The notes: generated by a model not told the origin, from the letters alone. DNA of 42,238 nt from a virus (IMGVR_UViG_2703718851_000004:1-42238), one strand, 5' to 3'. Shown: positions 1 to 11,248, numbered from the stretch's first letter. Program-made: numbers and translations.

Positions 1-90
1 TCACTCTGCCAGATGGCGCAATGCCATCTGGTATCACTTAAAGGTATTAAAAACAACTTTTTGTCTTTTTACCTTCCCGTTTCGCTCAAG

Positions 91-105
91 TTAGTATAAA
101 AAAGC
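91..105. repeat. attR: att core repeat at int-distal junction (attR-type)
   Basis: TTAGTATAAAAAAGC, reverse complement of lambda core GCTTTTTTATACTAA; identical copy at 40894..40908; host-like flank at 1..90. Confidence 0.9.
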
Positions 106-251
106 TGAACGTGAAACATTAAAAATCATTAATATCAATGCATTACAATATCTTTAGTCTAAAAAATAGACTACATAATGCGACAAAACACAACATATCC
201 AGTCACTATGAATCAACCACTTAGATGGTATTAGTGACCTGTAACAGAGCA

Positions 252-290
252 TTAGCGCAAGGTGATTTTTGTCTTCTTGCGCTAATTTTT
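252..290 (+). terminator. Hairpin plus T-run, terminator-like element between att arm and gtrA
   Basis: Perfect 10-bp stem TTAGCGCAAG/CTTGCGCTAA with 14-nt loop followed by TTTTT. Confidence 0.4.
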
Positions 291-549
291 TGTCAACATA
301 CTGGGTTATCTGAATTTACAACCATGCTCAGTATCTCGATAAGCGCAGAGAAATGATGCAGTGGTGGGCGGACTGGATTGATGAAAAGGTGGAGTGAGGA
401 AACTTAAACACCATCGGATAGCACAAAGCCTTGCAATCCAGTGCAAAGCTTTGTGTGTCTCAGTGTTGTCTCATCAACCACAGCAAGTATCGATCGATTG
501 AGACTTGGATGATAGACTTCATGCCTTTGATTATTAGCTGATAGAAGAA

Positions 550-912
550 ATGTTAAAACTATTTGCAAAGTACACCTCTATTGGCGTGCTGAACACCCTT
601 ATACACTGGGTGGTTTTTGGTGTATGTATCTATGCCGCGCATACCAATCAGGCTCTGGCAAACTTCGCAGGTTTTGTTGTGGCTGTGAGTTTTAGCTTCT
701 TCGCGAATGCAAAATTCACATTCAAAGCATCAACTACAACGATGCGCTACATGTTATATGTCGGGTTCATGGGAACACTGAGTGCTACTGTTGGATGGGC
801 TGCTGATAGATGTTCACTTCCTCCAATTGTCACTCTTGTCACCTTCTCCGCCATCAGCCTGGTGTGCGGTTTCGTCTATTCAAAGTTCATTGTCTTTAGG
901 GATGCGAAATGA
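550..912 (+). CDS. gtrA: GtrA-family bactoprenol-glucose flippase
   Basis: 120-aa hydrophobic ORF with GtrA-like sequence; first gene of three-gene cassette; stop overlaps gtrB start. Confidence 0.85.
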   Translation: MLKLFAKYTSIGVLNTLIHWVVFGVCIYAAHTNQALANFAGFVVAVSFSFFANAKFTFKASTTTMRYMLYVGFMGTLSATVGWAADRCSLPPIVTLVTFSAISLVCGFVYSKFIVFRDAK

Positions 913-1838
913 AGATATCTCTGGTCGTTCCTGTCTTCAATGAAGAAGAAGCGATACCAATTTTTTATAAAACGGTACGTGAATTCGAAGAATTGAAGTC
1001 ATATGAAGTGGAAATTGTTTTCATAAATGACGGCAGCAAAGACGCTACGGAGTCAATTATTAATGCTCTGGCTGTGGCCGATCCGCTTGTCGTTCCTCTT
1101 TCCTTCACCCGTAATTTCGGTAAAGAGCCCGCTCTGTTCGCCGGGCTTGACCACGCAACAGGTGATGCGGTTATCCCGATTGATGTTGACCTGCAGGACC
1201 CGATTGAAGTCATTCCTTATCTCATCGAGAAGTGGCAGGCAGGCGCTGACATGGTCCTGGCTAAGCGTTCTGATCGCTCCACCGACAGCAGACTAAAGCG
1301 CAAATCCGCTGAGTGGTTTTATAAGCTGCATAACAAAATAAGCAATCCGCAGATCGAGGAGAACGTCGGTGACTTCCGCCTGATGTCCCGTGCCGTGGTT
1401 GAGAACATCAAACTGTTGCCGGAGCGCAACCTCTTCATGAAGGGCGTTCTGAGTTGGGTTGGAGGGCGTACTGATGTTGTCGAGTATGCTCGCGCTGGGC
1501 GTGTCGCCGGAGACTCAAAATTCAATGGCTGGAAGCTCTGGAACTTGGCACTTGAGGGCATTACTAGCTTCTCAACCTTCCCTCTTCGCATGTGGACTTA
1601 TATTGGCCTGATGGTCGCCGGCCTGTCGTTTCTTTACGGCGCCTGGATGATTATCGACACGTTGGCTTTCGGTAATGCGGTACGTGGTTATCCTTCACTG
1701 TTAGTATCTATTTTGTTTCTGGGCGGAATCCAGTTAATAGGGATAGGTGTTCTTGGTGAGTACATCGGCAGAATTTACACTGAAGTTAAGCAGCGTCCTA
1801 GGTATATTTTGAAGGGCATTAAAAATGAAAAAAAATAA
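909..1838 (+). CDS. gtrB: GtrB bactoprenol glucosyltransferase (GT2 family)
   Basis: 309 aa; N-terminal GT2 motifs ([22 protein letters not shown]) and C-terminal TM helices. Confidence 0.88.
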   Translation: MKISLVVPVFNEEEAIPIFYKTVREFEELKSYEVEIVFINDGSKDATESIINALAVADPLVVPLSFTRNFGKEPALFAGLDHATGDAVIPIDVDLQDPIEVIPYLIEKWQAGADMVLAKRSDRSTDSRLKRKSAEWFYKLHNKISNPQIEENVGDFRLMSRAVVENIKLLPERNLFMKGVLSWVGGRTDVVEYARAGRVAGDSKFNGWKLWNLALEGITSFSTFPLRMWTYIGLMVAGLSFLYGAWMIIDTLAFGNAVRGYPSLLVSILFLGGIQLIGIGVLGEYIGRIYTEVKQRPRYILKGIKNEKK

Positions 1839-3279
1839 TACTTATCACATCCCATTTATATTAATAGGGTTGTTTTATTTGCCATTCATCATAAACAATC
1901 AACTTTACGTTGATGATATTTTTAGGGCGCAGAATGGTTTTGATGGGTGGTCTCAAAACGGAAGGCCTTTAGCAGATTTGCTGATGCATCTGCTAATGAT
2001 ATCCTCATCCAAGTTACCTGGTTATGGAATATTTGGACAGGTATTATCAGTAGCAGTAATGTCAATGACAGCAATTTTCTATACTCGTCACATACTTGGT
2101 TCGACAAGCGTGGCAGCGTTAATTTGCGCGTCAGGCTTCGCGCTAAGTCCATTTTATATAGAAAACATGCTCTATCAGTACGATAACCTGCCAATGACGC
2201 TTTCACTTTGTGGTGCGGTTGTTGCTTCTGTCTACGCACTTAAAGAAGACAAAATCTACTTTATTGCATCTTTTATTATCATTGCTTTTAGCGCGGCTTT
2301 ATATCAGACATCAATAAATTCATACATAGCTCTTGTGGCAGTAAACTTAATTGTGAAATTAAAAAAATCTAATGACTGCGCAAAGGAAGTTATTATTTTA
2401 GCTTTAAAAGCAATGGCATCTCTCGCCATTGGCATGATTCTTTATTATTTTATAATAAAGGTTGCTTTCCCGATGACTGGAACAAGAGACCAGGCAATAT
2501 CGTTAGATGCGTCACTTATTGATTACTTTGTAAAAAGAATGGTTAGATTTTATACTTTATTAGAATCAAGTCTATCTATCTATTATGTGGCAATATATTT
2601 ATTGACTTTAGCGTTACTGGTAACAACAACCAAACCAAGAGTTTCGTTTTTAAATATCGCGATAATCATAATCTGTATTTCCGTGGTTGCCATATCACCA
2701 ATAGGAATGCTGGCGATTTTCGGTGAATCAGCCATTGCAGCGAGAATGATGATGGGGGCTGTAGGATTAACAGCTTTAATTTTCACCATGATATCCATAA
2801 GCGAAATTAGTAATAATAAAAAATATTTTGCAATCGCTGTCATCGCAATACCTTTATATGTAATTTCATATGGCTTTTCCTTTGCTATCAAAGAGCAGAG
2901 AATTTATGACAAGTCAATTTTATACCTGTCAATTAATGACATCAGAAATAGCTCAGATTACAATATAAATTCGTACATTGTATATTCTGGCAGGGCGCCA
3001 ATAGCTCCCTTATCGATAAATACTGTAAAAGCATATCCATTAATCTCTACAATGTTGGTTCCAACATATGATTGGACGTCTAGCATGGCTGCCCAGTCAA
3101 TCGACATCCCAAATGTAAAATTCAATTTTGCTAGAGAAGAACAGAAAAAGATAATATCCAATGTATGTGCATCTATAACCAAGCCAATAAAATCCACCAA
3201 TTCTTATTCGATATATTTCAACCAAGAAAACAATGGCTTTTTAATATGGTTAAAAGGAGGAGGCAACACCCCGTGCTGA
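1825..3279 (+). CDS. gtrC: GtrC-type serotype-specific O-antigen glucosyltransferase (polytopic membrane protein)
   Basis: 484-aa multi-TM ORF directly after gtrB, start overlaps gtrB stop; markedly AT-rich relative to flanks. Confidence 0.7.
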   Translation: MKKNNTYHIPFILIGLFYLPFIINNQLYVDDIFRAQNGFDGWSQNGRPLADLLMHLLMISSSKLPGYGIFGQVLSVAVMSMTAIFYTRHILGSTSVAALICASGFALSPFYIENMLYQYDNLPMTLSLCGAVVASVYALKEDKIYFIASFIIIAFSAALYQTSINSYIALVAVNLIVKLKKSNDCAKEVIILALKAMASLAIGMILYYFIIKVAFPMTGTRDQAISLDASLIDYFVKRMVRFYTLLESSLSIYYVAIYLLTLALLVTTTKPRVSFLNIAIIIICISVVAISPIGMLAIFGESAIAARMMMGAVGLTALIFTMISISEISNNKKYFAIAVIAIPLYVISYGFSFAIKEQRIYDKSILYLSINDIRNSSDYNINSYIVYSGRAPIAPLSINTVKAYPLISTMLVPTYDWTSSMAAQSIDIPNVKFNFAREEQKKIISNVCASITKPIKSTNSYSIYFNQENNGFLIWLKGGGNTPC

Positions 3280-3312
3280 AGTAATTTGGGCGGCATCGCC
3301 GCCCATTAGTGC

Positions 3313-5472
3313 TTACGTCGAGTAGGTAAATGGCGGCTGCTCCTCCAGTGGAACAACTTTTAACCTATTAAGTGAGTAATATGCAGAGTTTCCGGTAAAG
3401 GTGAGAGTCAACACCCCCGTTGTTGAATTAAAGCTTGCAGATGGTGCTGGTATGGTAGATGTTCCAACTAAGCTTCTGCCTTGATATCCAGTAACGCTGC
3501 AAACATTACCCACCAAAACATTAAATCTTAAATCTTGCTGTAATGTTACAGCCACATTTTTCATTAGAAGCCTGCATGAGTATTCTCCCCCTGCCACACA
3601 ATTGCTTACCTGTATATCGAATGTGTTTGCTCCTTGAGCGATTGAAGGTGAACGCATGGTGTACACATCAAGAAGCCCTTTAAATTGGACTGTATAACCT
3701 CTCAACGGCGCTAAAGTATCAGCTATATTTTCTGTAATTGGATGCTCGCAATTTATTTTGATTCCATAACGCCCGAAGCCAAGATCTTTGGTAATCAATT
3801 TAAATGGTGATCCAATCTTCATGTCGTGAACATTGATCTGTGAGATATCAGTCTTGACTACCGCCCCACTTGACAGTGTGTTTCCAGATTGAACAGCAAA
3901 ATCTTTTATATCATGGTTGCAGAAAACACCGAACGTATTAATAGTTGACCCCACGCACTGACACCAAACTCGGTGACCAGTCTCGCTGGCGGCTACATTT
4001 ACACTCTCACTATAACCTCCGAAAACATTAACGTTACCACTATAAAAGAGGGCGAAATCTCGATTGTACCCCTCCCATGTTACTCCGTGCATATTTATGT
4101 CGACACAGTCGTGGGCATAGAGAAAAGTGGTGACATAGGCAATATTTGGTCTATTTGATACATCTCCGGATCTGTGGAACCATTGTGCCGTGCCTTTATC
4201 CCATGTTTGCGATAAATTACCAGTATAATATCCTCCTACCAAGTTTAGTGCCGTAGTGTGGGGTGTTAAAAATGTTGCATATTTAGCGCCTTGTGCAAAG
4301 CAATTCTCTACCGCAGTCCCCCAAGAACCACTTATCCAAAAGCTAACCTTACAGTCATACACTGCAACTCCAATCAGTTTGGCATCCGGAGTCCTCCAGA
4401 TTCTAATTCCCGCCTGCGTATCTGGACGGCCCAATAAAACAATATTCTCTATATATGGTCCATAATATCCAGCACTCAAATACAGCCCATTTTCCACACT
4501 GTTTGTCACTGTATATCTTGCAGTGCCGTCTGATAGCCATGGAGCGGTATCTAGAAGCAATTTATTTACATCCATGGACGTCATAGCAATAATAATTGAG
4601 CATCCTGCGCGTGAATATCTAAAGCCAGACGTTCCTCCCGTGCCAATTACCCTTACATTTGGAGAGAGATAAATAGTGTCATTAATGAAGTATTGAGCAG
4701 TTGGAAAAACAACATCCCCGCCTTGATGTGAGTCATATGAGGCATCAAGGTAAGGGTTTAGATATGAAATCGCAGCATTGATAGCTGGCGCGCAGTCGAA
4801 GGTACTATCGTTAATTTTTGCCCCAAACTCCAACGGACTCACCGTCCTTGCGACATACGCAGAGGATATCTCTCGCTTCCAGCGTCCTGTTCCAGTATTG
4901 CCAGTTGGGTTAATGGTATAGCCTCCGTCATCAGTATCAGTGCTGGTTGAATTCCAGCGGAAATATCCTCCGCCATAACCAGTTCCAAGGTGATAAGAAT
5001 CAACATAGACTCTTCCATTTTCCTTAACTGATGAGTATGCAGTAAATGCTCGTAGATCTGCTATTGATGAGAATGTACCAAATAATGCATAAGAATCAGG
5101 CGCAGACATCTTGGCAAGCCATTCTGCAGAAAACTGATCCGGGTCATACTTCAGCACATTAGGAAAATAGAACTGCTGCACACCGTATGCATCATAAACA
5201 GCCATCGAATGGCCTTGCACAGTTACGAACTTGGCAATCTGTCCGTTATATACCGGGTAACCAGCAGCGTTAATGATGATTGGTTGCGAAACAGGAACGT
5301 GAGATCCGTCTTCATTCTCTACATAAACCTGAATCTGGTTTTCAGTATTTACCGGGTCAGTGTCAATTTTTCCGATATAAATTTTGCCATTGGCTACGGC
5401 TTTAAAAGAACGAGCCATAGTGAAGAGTTGCGAAGGCATCGATACAATCACATTAGCTGTAATATCTGTCAT
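3313..5472 (-). CDS. Tailspike protein; P22-type N-terminal head-binding domain with divergent receptor-binding domain
   Basis: 719 aa; first ~110 residues match P22 gp9 head-binding domain from memory (MTDITANV...[11 protein letters not shown]...LKYDPDQ); last gene of virion module. Confidence 0.88.
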   Translation of the reverse strand: MTDITANVIVSMPSQLFTMARSFKAVANGKIYIGKIDTDPVNTENQIQVYVENEDGSHVPVSQPIIINAAGYPVYNGQIAKFVTVQGHSMAVYDAYGVQQFYFPNVLKYDPDQFSAEWLAKMSAPDSYALFGTFSSIADLRAFTAYSSVKENGRVYVDSYHLGTGYGGGYFRWNSTSTDTDDGGYTINPTGNTGTGRWKREISSAYVARTVSPLEFGAKINDSTFDCAPAINAAISYLNPYLDASYDSHQGGDVVFPTAQYFINDTIYLSPNVRVIGTGGTSGFRYSRAGCSIIIAMTSMDVNKLLLDTAPWLSDGTARYTVTNSVENGLYLSAGYYGPYIENIVLLGRPDTQAGIRIWRTPDAKLIGVAVYDCKVSFWISGSWGTAVENCFAQGAKYATFLTPHTTALNLVGGYYTGNLSQTWDKGTAQWFHRSGDVSNRPNIAYVTTFLYAHDCVDINMHGVTWEGYNRDFALFYSGNVNVFGGYSESVNVAASETGHRVWCQCVGSTINTFGVFCNHDIKDFAVQSGNTLSSGAVVKTDISQINVHDMKIGSPFKLITKDLGFGRYGIKINCEHPITENIADTLAPLRGYTVQFKGLLDVYTMRSPSIAQGANTFDIQVSNCVAGGEYSCRLLMKNVAVTLQQDLRFNVLVGNVCSVTGYQGRSLVGTSTIPAPSASFNSTTGVLTLTFTGNSAYYSLNRLKVVPLEEQPPFTYST

Positions 5473-5530
5473 TTAATTTGCTCCAGATACAAGGAATCGC
5501 CGCAGCATGGCTACGGTGAATTTTGGGCAT

Positions 5531-5553
5531 AAAAAAACCCAGCCGAAGCTGGG
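5531..5553 (-). terminator. Intrinsic terminator (minus strand) upstream of tailspike gene
   Basis: Stem CCCAGC/GCTGGG with loop CGAA, followed on minus strand by TTTTTTT. Confidence 0.6.
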
Positions 5554-5605
5554 TCGTTGCGTTGGTTATCTGTCAGTAGTTATGTACTGGCTGAAGGATT
5601 TGTAC

Positions 5606-5636
5606 AAAAAACCCACCTGAAGGTGGGTTAATTTTT
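5606..5636. terminator. Bidirectional intrinsic terminator
   Basis: Stem CCCACC/GGTGGG with loop TGAA, flanked by A-run on one side and T-run on the other. Confidence 0.6.
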
Positions 5637-5719
5637 GCATTTACCTGGGCCATATTGACTACTTATAAAATGAGATCAATATTTAATCGCCCAATAACGG
5701 GTGTATGTTGAGGTATATC

Positions 5720-5899
5720 ATGGCGAAAAAACCAGGTGAAAACACAGGAAAAAACGGCGGAATATACCAAGAGGTTGGCCCACGCGGCGGTAAGAAAGAC
5801 AATTTTGCCACCGTCAAGGACAACGAAAGGCTTCCGCCAACAACAAAGCCAGGTCATGGCTGGGTATTGGATAAGCGAACTCCAGACAGCAAAAAGTAA
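5720..5899 (+). CDS. Small basic K/G-rich hypothetical protein (59 aa; alternative start 5705)
   Basis: ORF with GAGG RBS 8 nt upstream of ATG 5720; candidate TTGACT -35 at 5655..5660; terminator immediately downstream. Confidence 0.5.
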   Translation: MAKKPGENTGKNGGIYQEVGPRGGKKDNFATVKDNERLPPTTKPGHGWVLDKRTPDSKK

Positions 5900-5905
5900 T
5901 ACTCA

Positions 5906-5927
5906 AGCCGGGTCACTCCGGCTTTTT
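5906..5927 (+). terminator. Intrinsic terminator after small ORF
   Basis: Stem AGCCGG/CCGGCT with loop GTCACT followed by TTTTT; overlaps the stop of the convergent 5913..6278 gene. Confidence 0.55.
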
Positions 5928-6278
5928 GATATGTCGCTCGCAGAACTCAACAAGCCTGCTCATTAAGTAGCAGTAAGTCTCGTTGGCTCTTCCTGGTTCA
6001 ACATCAACACCTACCCTTGAGCAGATATCGAATGCCATGTGAGCACACTCATGGGCAATAGTAGATAGTTTGCCATTGAACACGCCTATCACATGCAAAA
6101 CACCATTCTCGCTGCTCATTGTATGAGACGCTCCGTTGGCATCCGAGTCCTGCACGTCCACACCAAGTTTTTGATGCAGGCGTTGCCATTCTGGAAAGTC
6201 TCTACAAAACACAATTGTACCGCTCTCAAAGAGCGGAACGAGCATCTTTGGTACGTTTCCAATGTTAACTTTTTTCAT
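5913..6278 (-). CDS. Hypothetical 121-aa protein with HExxH zinc-metallopeptidase motif (mini-zincin-like)
   Basis: ORF with AGGA RBS; motif [11 protein letters not shown] (H76-E77-x-x-H80) with glutamates 14-20 residues downstream. Confidence 0.55.
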   Translation of the reverse strand: MKKVNIGNVPKMLVPLFESGTIVFCRDFPEWQRLHQKLGVDVQDSDANGASHTMSSENGVLHVIGVFNGKLSTIAHECAHMAFDICSRVGVDVEPGRANETYCYLMSRLVEFCERHIKKPE

Positions 6279-6308
6279 GGTATCCTGCGTAAAACTAAGG
6301 AGGTTGGT

Positions 6309-6803
6309 GTGTCTGATTCTATGAGTTACGCTGTGCTAGTTGCCGCAACTCTATTTCTGGGGATAGGGTTGCAGATTGCGTGGTTCTTTTTTTCTAGTTT
6401 TATTAAACGTAAAAGAATTGAATCAAGGATATCTGAGATTTCTATTGCTATAGGGAAAAATGCTGAAAATCCAGAGAATGAGGCCTGCGCACTGAATTAC
6501 CTTAAAGAAAAGTTTTCCCCTGAAAAATTTGAAAACAGAATTACTGATGCTCTTGGATTGGTAATATCAGTAATTCATATGCCACTAAGTTTACTGATAA
6601 CAGTGTGGTACTTCGCCATGATCGCCGGAAGAATATTTGGTTTCATGAATATAGATCCTGTAGTTCTTTGGGTTCCAATGATACTGCAATTGTTGTTAAG
6701 CGTTGCTATCTTTATTTTTTCTGTTTTTATAAAAATTGTCTTTGGAAGATACCCCGGAGAAGCGAAGGGATTTAATAAAGAATTCATAAAAACTATAAAA
6801 TAA
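6309..6803 (+). CDS. Hypothetical AT-rich integral membrane protein (about 4 TM segments); start GTG 6309 or ATG 6321
   Basis: AAGGAGG RBS at 6296..6302; four long hydrophobic stretches; AT-rich; divergent from the HExxH gene. The 6093 upstream extension of the ORF is judged non-coding. Confidence 0.6.
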   Translation: MSDSMSYAVLVAATLFLGIGLQIAWFFFSSFIKRKRIESRISEISIAIGKNAENPENEACALNYLKEKFSPEKFENRITDALGLVISVIHMPLSLLITVWYFAMIAGRIFGFMNIDPVVLWVPMILQLLLSVAIFIFSVFIKIVFGRYPGEAKGFNKEFIKTIK

Positions 6804-6825
6804 ATGCCGTCCCTGGCTTACAGTG

Positions 6826-8700
6826 CTACTGCCGGGTAGCTTCGTTAACTAAGAGCGGGCGCACGGCAGTAGCCGCCTGATTTAGCGCTCTTTCATAGGC
6901 TGGTGTTCCTGCTTTGGTGTTTGCCAAGCGTAAGAGAGCATTCCTTGCTGCTTTGGATTCATACAAGCGCATCATTGCACCGAAACCAGCCTCAAGCCCC
7001 ATTGATACGCCAAGAGTCGCAGTTGCGCCAATCGTCCTTATCCTGTTGGCTTGCGATTGCCCCGTCTGAGTTACTACATTTGCGGTGTCTGACCTTGCTG
7101 TTTGCTGTAGAACTTCATGAAGAGCATCAAGTTCTTTCATGTGCTTTCCAGAAAAAATAGTGTTGTAAATTTCACCGCCTGACTGAGATTTCAGCTTATT
7201 AACTTCAGTGATGAACTTGGCTGGAGAGTCACCTGCCTTTTCCGCTATTTTGCTGACGTAAGCTGCACGCATAGCATCTTTCCCTTTATCATCCAATGCG
7301 CTCCAGATTCGTTTCACGTCAGATGGTTTTCTACTTAATACAACGGTATTTATAAGTTCAGGACTGGCTTCACTGCTTGCCTTGTTGAGCTTGTTAGCAA
7401 TGTTTTTATTAAGCACCTTATTATAAACGTTTGCATAATCGGAATTTGCTTTAAGGTATTTTGCTGCGTCTGATGCACCTAGGTTTTTAGCAACTGCGTT
7501 ACGAAGGTCTTTTGACATTGCATTCTCTACCATATTGGTAGCTGCTTTTGCCTGGTTGGGGAAGACCATAGCATCTCCCTGAACATTAGATCTAAATGCT
7601 GTTCTGTGCTGGCGCAAGAGATCAAACGTAACATCCAAATCAGTTGCAGGGTTTGCTAATTCTTCACGTAGGTTACGCAAGGATGTAAGCAGGCTTTGAT
7701 TGGCAGACGTCCCAAGCCGTTCCTGTCTTGCGATCGCTGTATTCAGAGCATTCATGGTATTTGTGGTATCAACTGCGGCATTACCCATTTTATTGGTGAC
7801 GTCATTGATAACAGCGCCAGCGGCATCCTTCCGCCCCCTTAACGTGGTGGTCAGAGATTTCACCACATCATCAGGGTTGTACTCACCAAAACGGTCAAAA
7901 TAATTGCTTACCAGCTTACTACGCGTTGCATATTGCTCCGCTCTCTTTGAGCCTGTCCCGAGCAAAGCCCCCTCGGCATCCTGAGTAAGGCCGCGAGTGA
8001 AAGCATTTTTCGGCGGGATAACATCAGATGTCATTGGTGTCACGCCCATCGATTCTGATGTGGCAATTTTCTTCGCCACTTCTGGCGCAATATCACCTTT
8101 TATAGCCGTTATTCCACGCCCTATTCCCTTTGCTGCTGCGGAAAGAACCCCCTGAGCGGCAAGGTTAACTCCGGCATTTTTAGCTGCATTTTGTGCGAAA
8201 TCGCCTTTCTGATTTGCGGCCTCTGCCAGTGATCCAATAGCCATGCTTCCTGCCGTTCCAACTCCTGGAACTAAATACCCACCAATTGTTTCACCGGCTT
8301 GCGCGTAGGGGTCTGTCGGTCTGTCTACTGGACGATAAACATCATCCAAAACCTTGGGTCCACCAAGCCCCTGACTGATTGCATTAATCAGACTTGCGCC
8401 ACCCTGCAATACGTCAAATGGTATGTTTACCAGACCACGACCAGCCTGTTCTGCAATTTGCCCTGCACTTTGACCACCAGTGAGCCAATCGCCAGCTTGT
8501 TGCATCAATGATGGTTCTTCTTTCTGCTGCTGAGTCGGAGGGTATGCTGCATAAAACTGATCTCTTGCTTCAGCCCATTTGTCACCAGCCTTAGGGGCAA
8601 CAACCTCATCAAAATATTGCGCTTGAGCCTGTGCTTTCTGTTCTTCAGTTAACGCCTGATACTGTGGAGAGGCGATAACATCTTTCCATGCTTTAGCCAT
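6826..8700 (-). CDS. Ejection (injection) protein, P22 gp16-like
   Basis: 624 aa; last of three ejection-protein genes in P22-type order (7, 20, 16). Confidence 0.75.
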   Translation of the reverse strand: MAKAWKDVIASPQYQALTEEQKAQAQAQYFDEVVAPKAGDKWAEARDQFYAAYPPTQQQKEEPSLMQQAGDWLTGGQSAGQIAEQAGRGLVNIPFDVLQGGASLINAISQGLGGPKVLDDVYRPVDRPTDPYAQAGETIGGYLVPGVGTAGSMAIGSLAEAANQKGDFAQNAAKNAGVNLAAQGVLSAAAKGIGRGITAIKGDIAPEVAKKIATSESMGVTPMTSDVIPPKNAFTRGLTQDAEGALLGTGSKRAEQYATRSKLVSNYFDRFGEYNPDDVVKSLTTTLRGRKDAAGAVINDVTNKMGNAAVDTTNTMNALNTAIARQERLGTSANQSLLTSLRNLREELANPATDLDVTFDLLRQHRTAFRSNVQGDAMVFPNQAKAATNMVENAMSKDLRNAVAKNLGASDAAKYLKANSDYANVYNKVLNKNIANKLNKASSEASPELINTVVLSRKPSDVKRIWSALDDKGKDAMRAAYVSKIAEKAGDSPAKFITEVNKLKSQSGGEIYNTIFSGKHMKELDALHEVLQQTARSDTANVVTQTGQSQANRIRTIGATATLGVSMGLEAGFGAMMRLYESKAARNALLRLANTKAGTPAYERALNQAATAVRPLLVNEATRQ

Positions 8701-10088
8701 TAATCACCCCATAGTGAAGAAAAGTTACTGCTGGCTGCTGGCTGTGATACCTGTGCAGGTTGAGATTGCTGCCGCTGAGATTTACCAACATTAACGTTAT
8801 ATTGTTGGTTGTAATTGTTGGTGTATTCCTGAATCTCACGAATCGACTGCTGCATAGCCTCCGGGCTTGAATAGTCAACCTGCGGCATCCCCTGAAAATA
8901 CATCTTCGCTTCTGCAACGGTGTTAATACCACTGGCACCCATGTCCCTTGCTGCCGCCACACCCTGATTCTGCATTCTGCCCTGAATACGTTGTGCTGAG
9001 TTATATAACTGGCGCTGCTCTTTTCCTGTTAATCGGCTGCGAACATCAGCACCAATTGCTGGATTACCTGCACCGCCTGTCATTCCTGTCATGAAATCGA
9101 GAGCAGAAGCGTCTGCATTTGCGATCGCGTCGATATCCTTCTTCATGGCATAGTTTTGTGCTGATGCAGACGATGTTGCAGGCGCTGCGATTGAACTGGC
9201 AGGAACGCGAACCATATTCCCCTCGTTGTCGATGCCTTCGTAGAACGCATTAGCCCCAGCGCCGTGAAGCTTCCCGCCTACCGTTACAGTTCTGCCATCT
9301 GATAACTGAACTGTACGCTCATCATTCCCAGCGATTCGTCTTGTTGACGCTCGCTGCATTGCCAAATCCTGACCTCGTCGCGCAGTAGAAGCAGATAAGT
9401 CCTGACCGCGCATCGTGATGTTCTGACCTCGTGATGTTAGTGCCTCTCCTGCCTGATTGCTGCGGATTGTCTCTGCCAGTCTGCCTCGGTCAATCTCACG
9501 ACCAGCCATCTTGTCCTGAACATTGAAGTAATCAATCGGACCAAGAGCAGCCATTCCAAGGTGATCAACAAACTCACCAAATCCTGAAGGGTTCTGCTGA
9601 TACATCTGAGCAACGCTGTTAGGGTCAACACCGACGCGAGTCAGTTCCTTGGCGTTGTTTTGCAGCCATGATTGCATTGCTTCTGGAGACGATGACGCAA
9701 GGCGTGCACCAGCCGCTAAGGTGCCGATAGAATTACGCTGGTCTTCATCAATGAATCCCATGCCTTTACGAACGGATTCAATCTGGTCTGGATATTGAGT
9801 AGCCAACTGACGCAAAGCACCGCGATCACCAGACGCATAAGCATTAGCGTACGCCTGCTGAAATTCTTTCTGCCGCTGAGCCTGCTTTTCCTGCTGAAAC
9901 ACCCCCGCAATACCTGAAAGGCCTTGCAAAGCAGTCAGCCCAACATTGTTAGCGCCTGAACGCTCAATATCATTGTTCTGCCTGATAAGCTGAAGCGTAT
10001 TGCCGATGTCATTTACGCTCGGAGCGTTTGAGTTGACGCCGCCGATACCAGCCAACAATCCGCCGTTTGTTCCTTGCCAAGTAGCCAT
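8700..10088 (-). CDS. Ejection protein, P22 gp20-like
   Basis: 462 aa; synteny between gp7-like and gp16-like genes. Confidence 0.75.
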   Translation of the reverse strand: MATWQGTNGGLLAGIGGVNSNAPSVNDIGNTLQLIRQNNDIERSGANNVGLTALQGLSGIAGVFQQEKQAQRQKEFQQAYANAYASGDRGALRQLATQYPDQIESVRKGMGFIDEDQRNSIGTLAAGARLASSSPEAMQSWLQNNAKELTRVGVDPNSVAQMYQQNPSGFGEFVDHLGMAALGPIDYFNVQDKMAGREIDRGRLAETIRSNQAGEALTSRGQNITMRGQDLSASTARRGQDLAMQRASTRRIAGNDERTVQLSDGRTVTVGGKLHGAGANAFYEGIDNEGNMVRVPASSIAAPATSSASAQNYAMKKDIDAIANADASALDFMTGMTGGAGNPAIGADVRSRLTGKEQRQLYNSAQRIQGRMQNQGVAAARDMGASGINTVAEAKMYFQGMPQVDYSSPEAMQQSIREIQEYTNNYNQQYNVNVGKSQRQQSQPAQVSQPAASSNFSSLWGD

Positions 10089-10097
10089 GATTACCCC

Positions 10098-10790
10098 TTA
10101 AAACAACGAGCCAAGCAATCCGATACCAGCACCAATGCCAGCGCCCCAAGGCGTTGATGTTCCCAAAAGGCTGGCAAGACCTGCACCGGCAATCGCACCA
10201 GACGTGCCACCGCTAATTGCAGTCTGAAGACTTGATGGTTTATTGGCATTAGCAGCGGCAAGTGCTGCGCTTTGCTGTGCAATGCTGCTCATGTTGTTGG
10301 CGTATGTCTGCCCGGCGTTTGCCTGACCTTGCAGCGCACCAAGCCCAACGTTTGCCAGATTGTTGTAATTGCTCATCTGGTTTGATAACCAAGACTGACC
10401 GAGAGTCGGCGCGATCGTAGCCAGTTGATTGCTTGTGGCTGTCGAACCAAGTCCCCCCGTCGCCTCCGCAGCAGTAAGACTCTGGTAACGAGCCTGACCT
10501 GCAAGGTCTTTATACTGCTGAGAGTTGTAATACTGATTAAGTGCCTGCCCCTGACCTTCTAAACTGGAAAGGTTCTGAAGCTGGTTAACATACTGCTCCG
10601 CAAGAGGCGTGAACAGAGCAAGGTTTTTCATGATCGTCTGCCACTGCTGATTTTGCAGGTCTGCGGCATACTTCTGAGCTTCTGCTGCATACTTTGCGCT
10701 TTTATCAGAGCTGCCACCTTTCCCGCCTTTTTCAGGGCAATAAGGTTCCTCGCCGCGCAGTTTTCTGCCCAGCTTAAATGCATATAACAT
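10098..10790 (-). CDS. Ejection protein, P22 gp7-like
   Basis: 230 aa, Q/A/G-rich with C-terminal hydrophobic segment; synteny. Confidence 0.7.
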   Translation of the reverse strand: MLYAFKLGRKLRGEEPYCPEKGGKGGSSDKSAKYAAEAQKYAADLQNQQWQTIMKNLALFTPLAEQYVNQLQNLSSLEGQGQALNQYYNSQQYKDLAGQARYQSLTAAEATGGLGSTATSNQLATIAPTLGQSWLSNQMSNYNNLANVGLGALQGQANAGQTYANNMSSIAQQSAALAAANANKPSSLQTAISGGTSGAIAGAGLASLLGTSTPWGAGIGAGIGLLGSLF

Positions 10791-10792
10791 GG

Positions 10793-11248
10793 CTATCTCC
10801 CGTGATTCAGGAAGTCGATTAGTTCTTCGCGTGTAGCACTGTAAAATGTCACGTCATCCACGCCTTTGAAGTATTTCTTGATGGTTCCTACACGCTTAAG
10901 GCCAATCATTGCGCAGTACATCTGACCGTGGCGGAATTTGCGTGCAGCGAACGATGTGACGCACTGAACGGTGGTGTTAGTCAGAATGTATCGCCAGAAC
11001 GCAAGCCCGATTTCCTTGCTGAAGCCGCGAACCTCTGGCAGGTACATGGCGTGGCAATCGAATGTCAGCGGCTGAATCTCCTGATAGTAAACAATGCCGC
11101 CGAACTGCCCGTGCACGTTCACCTCAAAGTAACGGCAATCATGTTTATAGTCGTATCCATCACCGTTGTTGCTCCCGGCAATAATGTCAGGGTGATTTCC
11201 GACTGCTTCGATCAAGTCGATGTTTCGCGTTGGTTTGAATGTAATCAT
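10793..11248 (-). CDS. Head assembly/ejection-associated protein, P22 gp14-like
   Basis: 151 aa; position between tail needle and ejection proteins. Confidence 0.65.
   Translation of the reverse strand: MITFKPTRNIDLIEAVGNHPDIIAGSNNGDGYDYKHDCRYFEVNVHGQFGGIVYYQEIQPLTFDCHAMYLPEVRGFSKEIGLAFWRYILTNTTVQCVTSFAARKFRHGQMYCAMIGLKRVGTIKKYFKGVDDVTFYSATREELIDFLNHGR

Noticed and set aside
300-549. Possible Dam/OxyR phase-variation switch upstream of gtrA (as described for some gtr operons)
   Set aside because: Only a single GATC (492..495) is present in the upstream region rather than the paired clusters expected for that mechanism, so it cannot be supported from sequence.
6093-6308. N-terminal extension of the membrane-protein ORF (track start 6093)
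   Set aside because: The extension overlaps the better-supported minus-strand HExxH gene, has implausible composition, and a strong AAGGAGG RBS sits just before GTG 6309/ATG 6321, so the real start is taken there.
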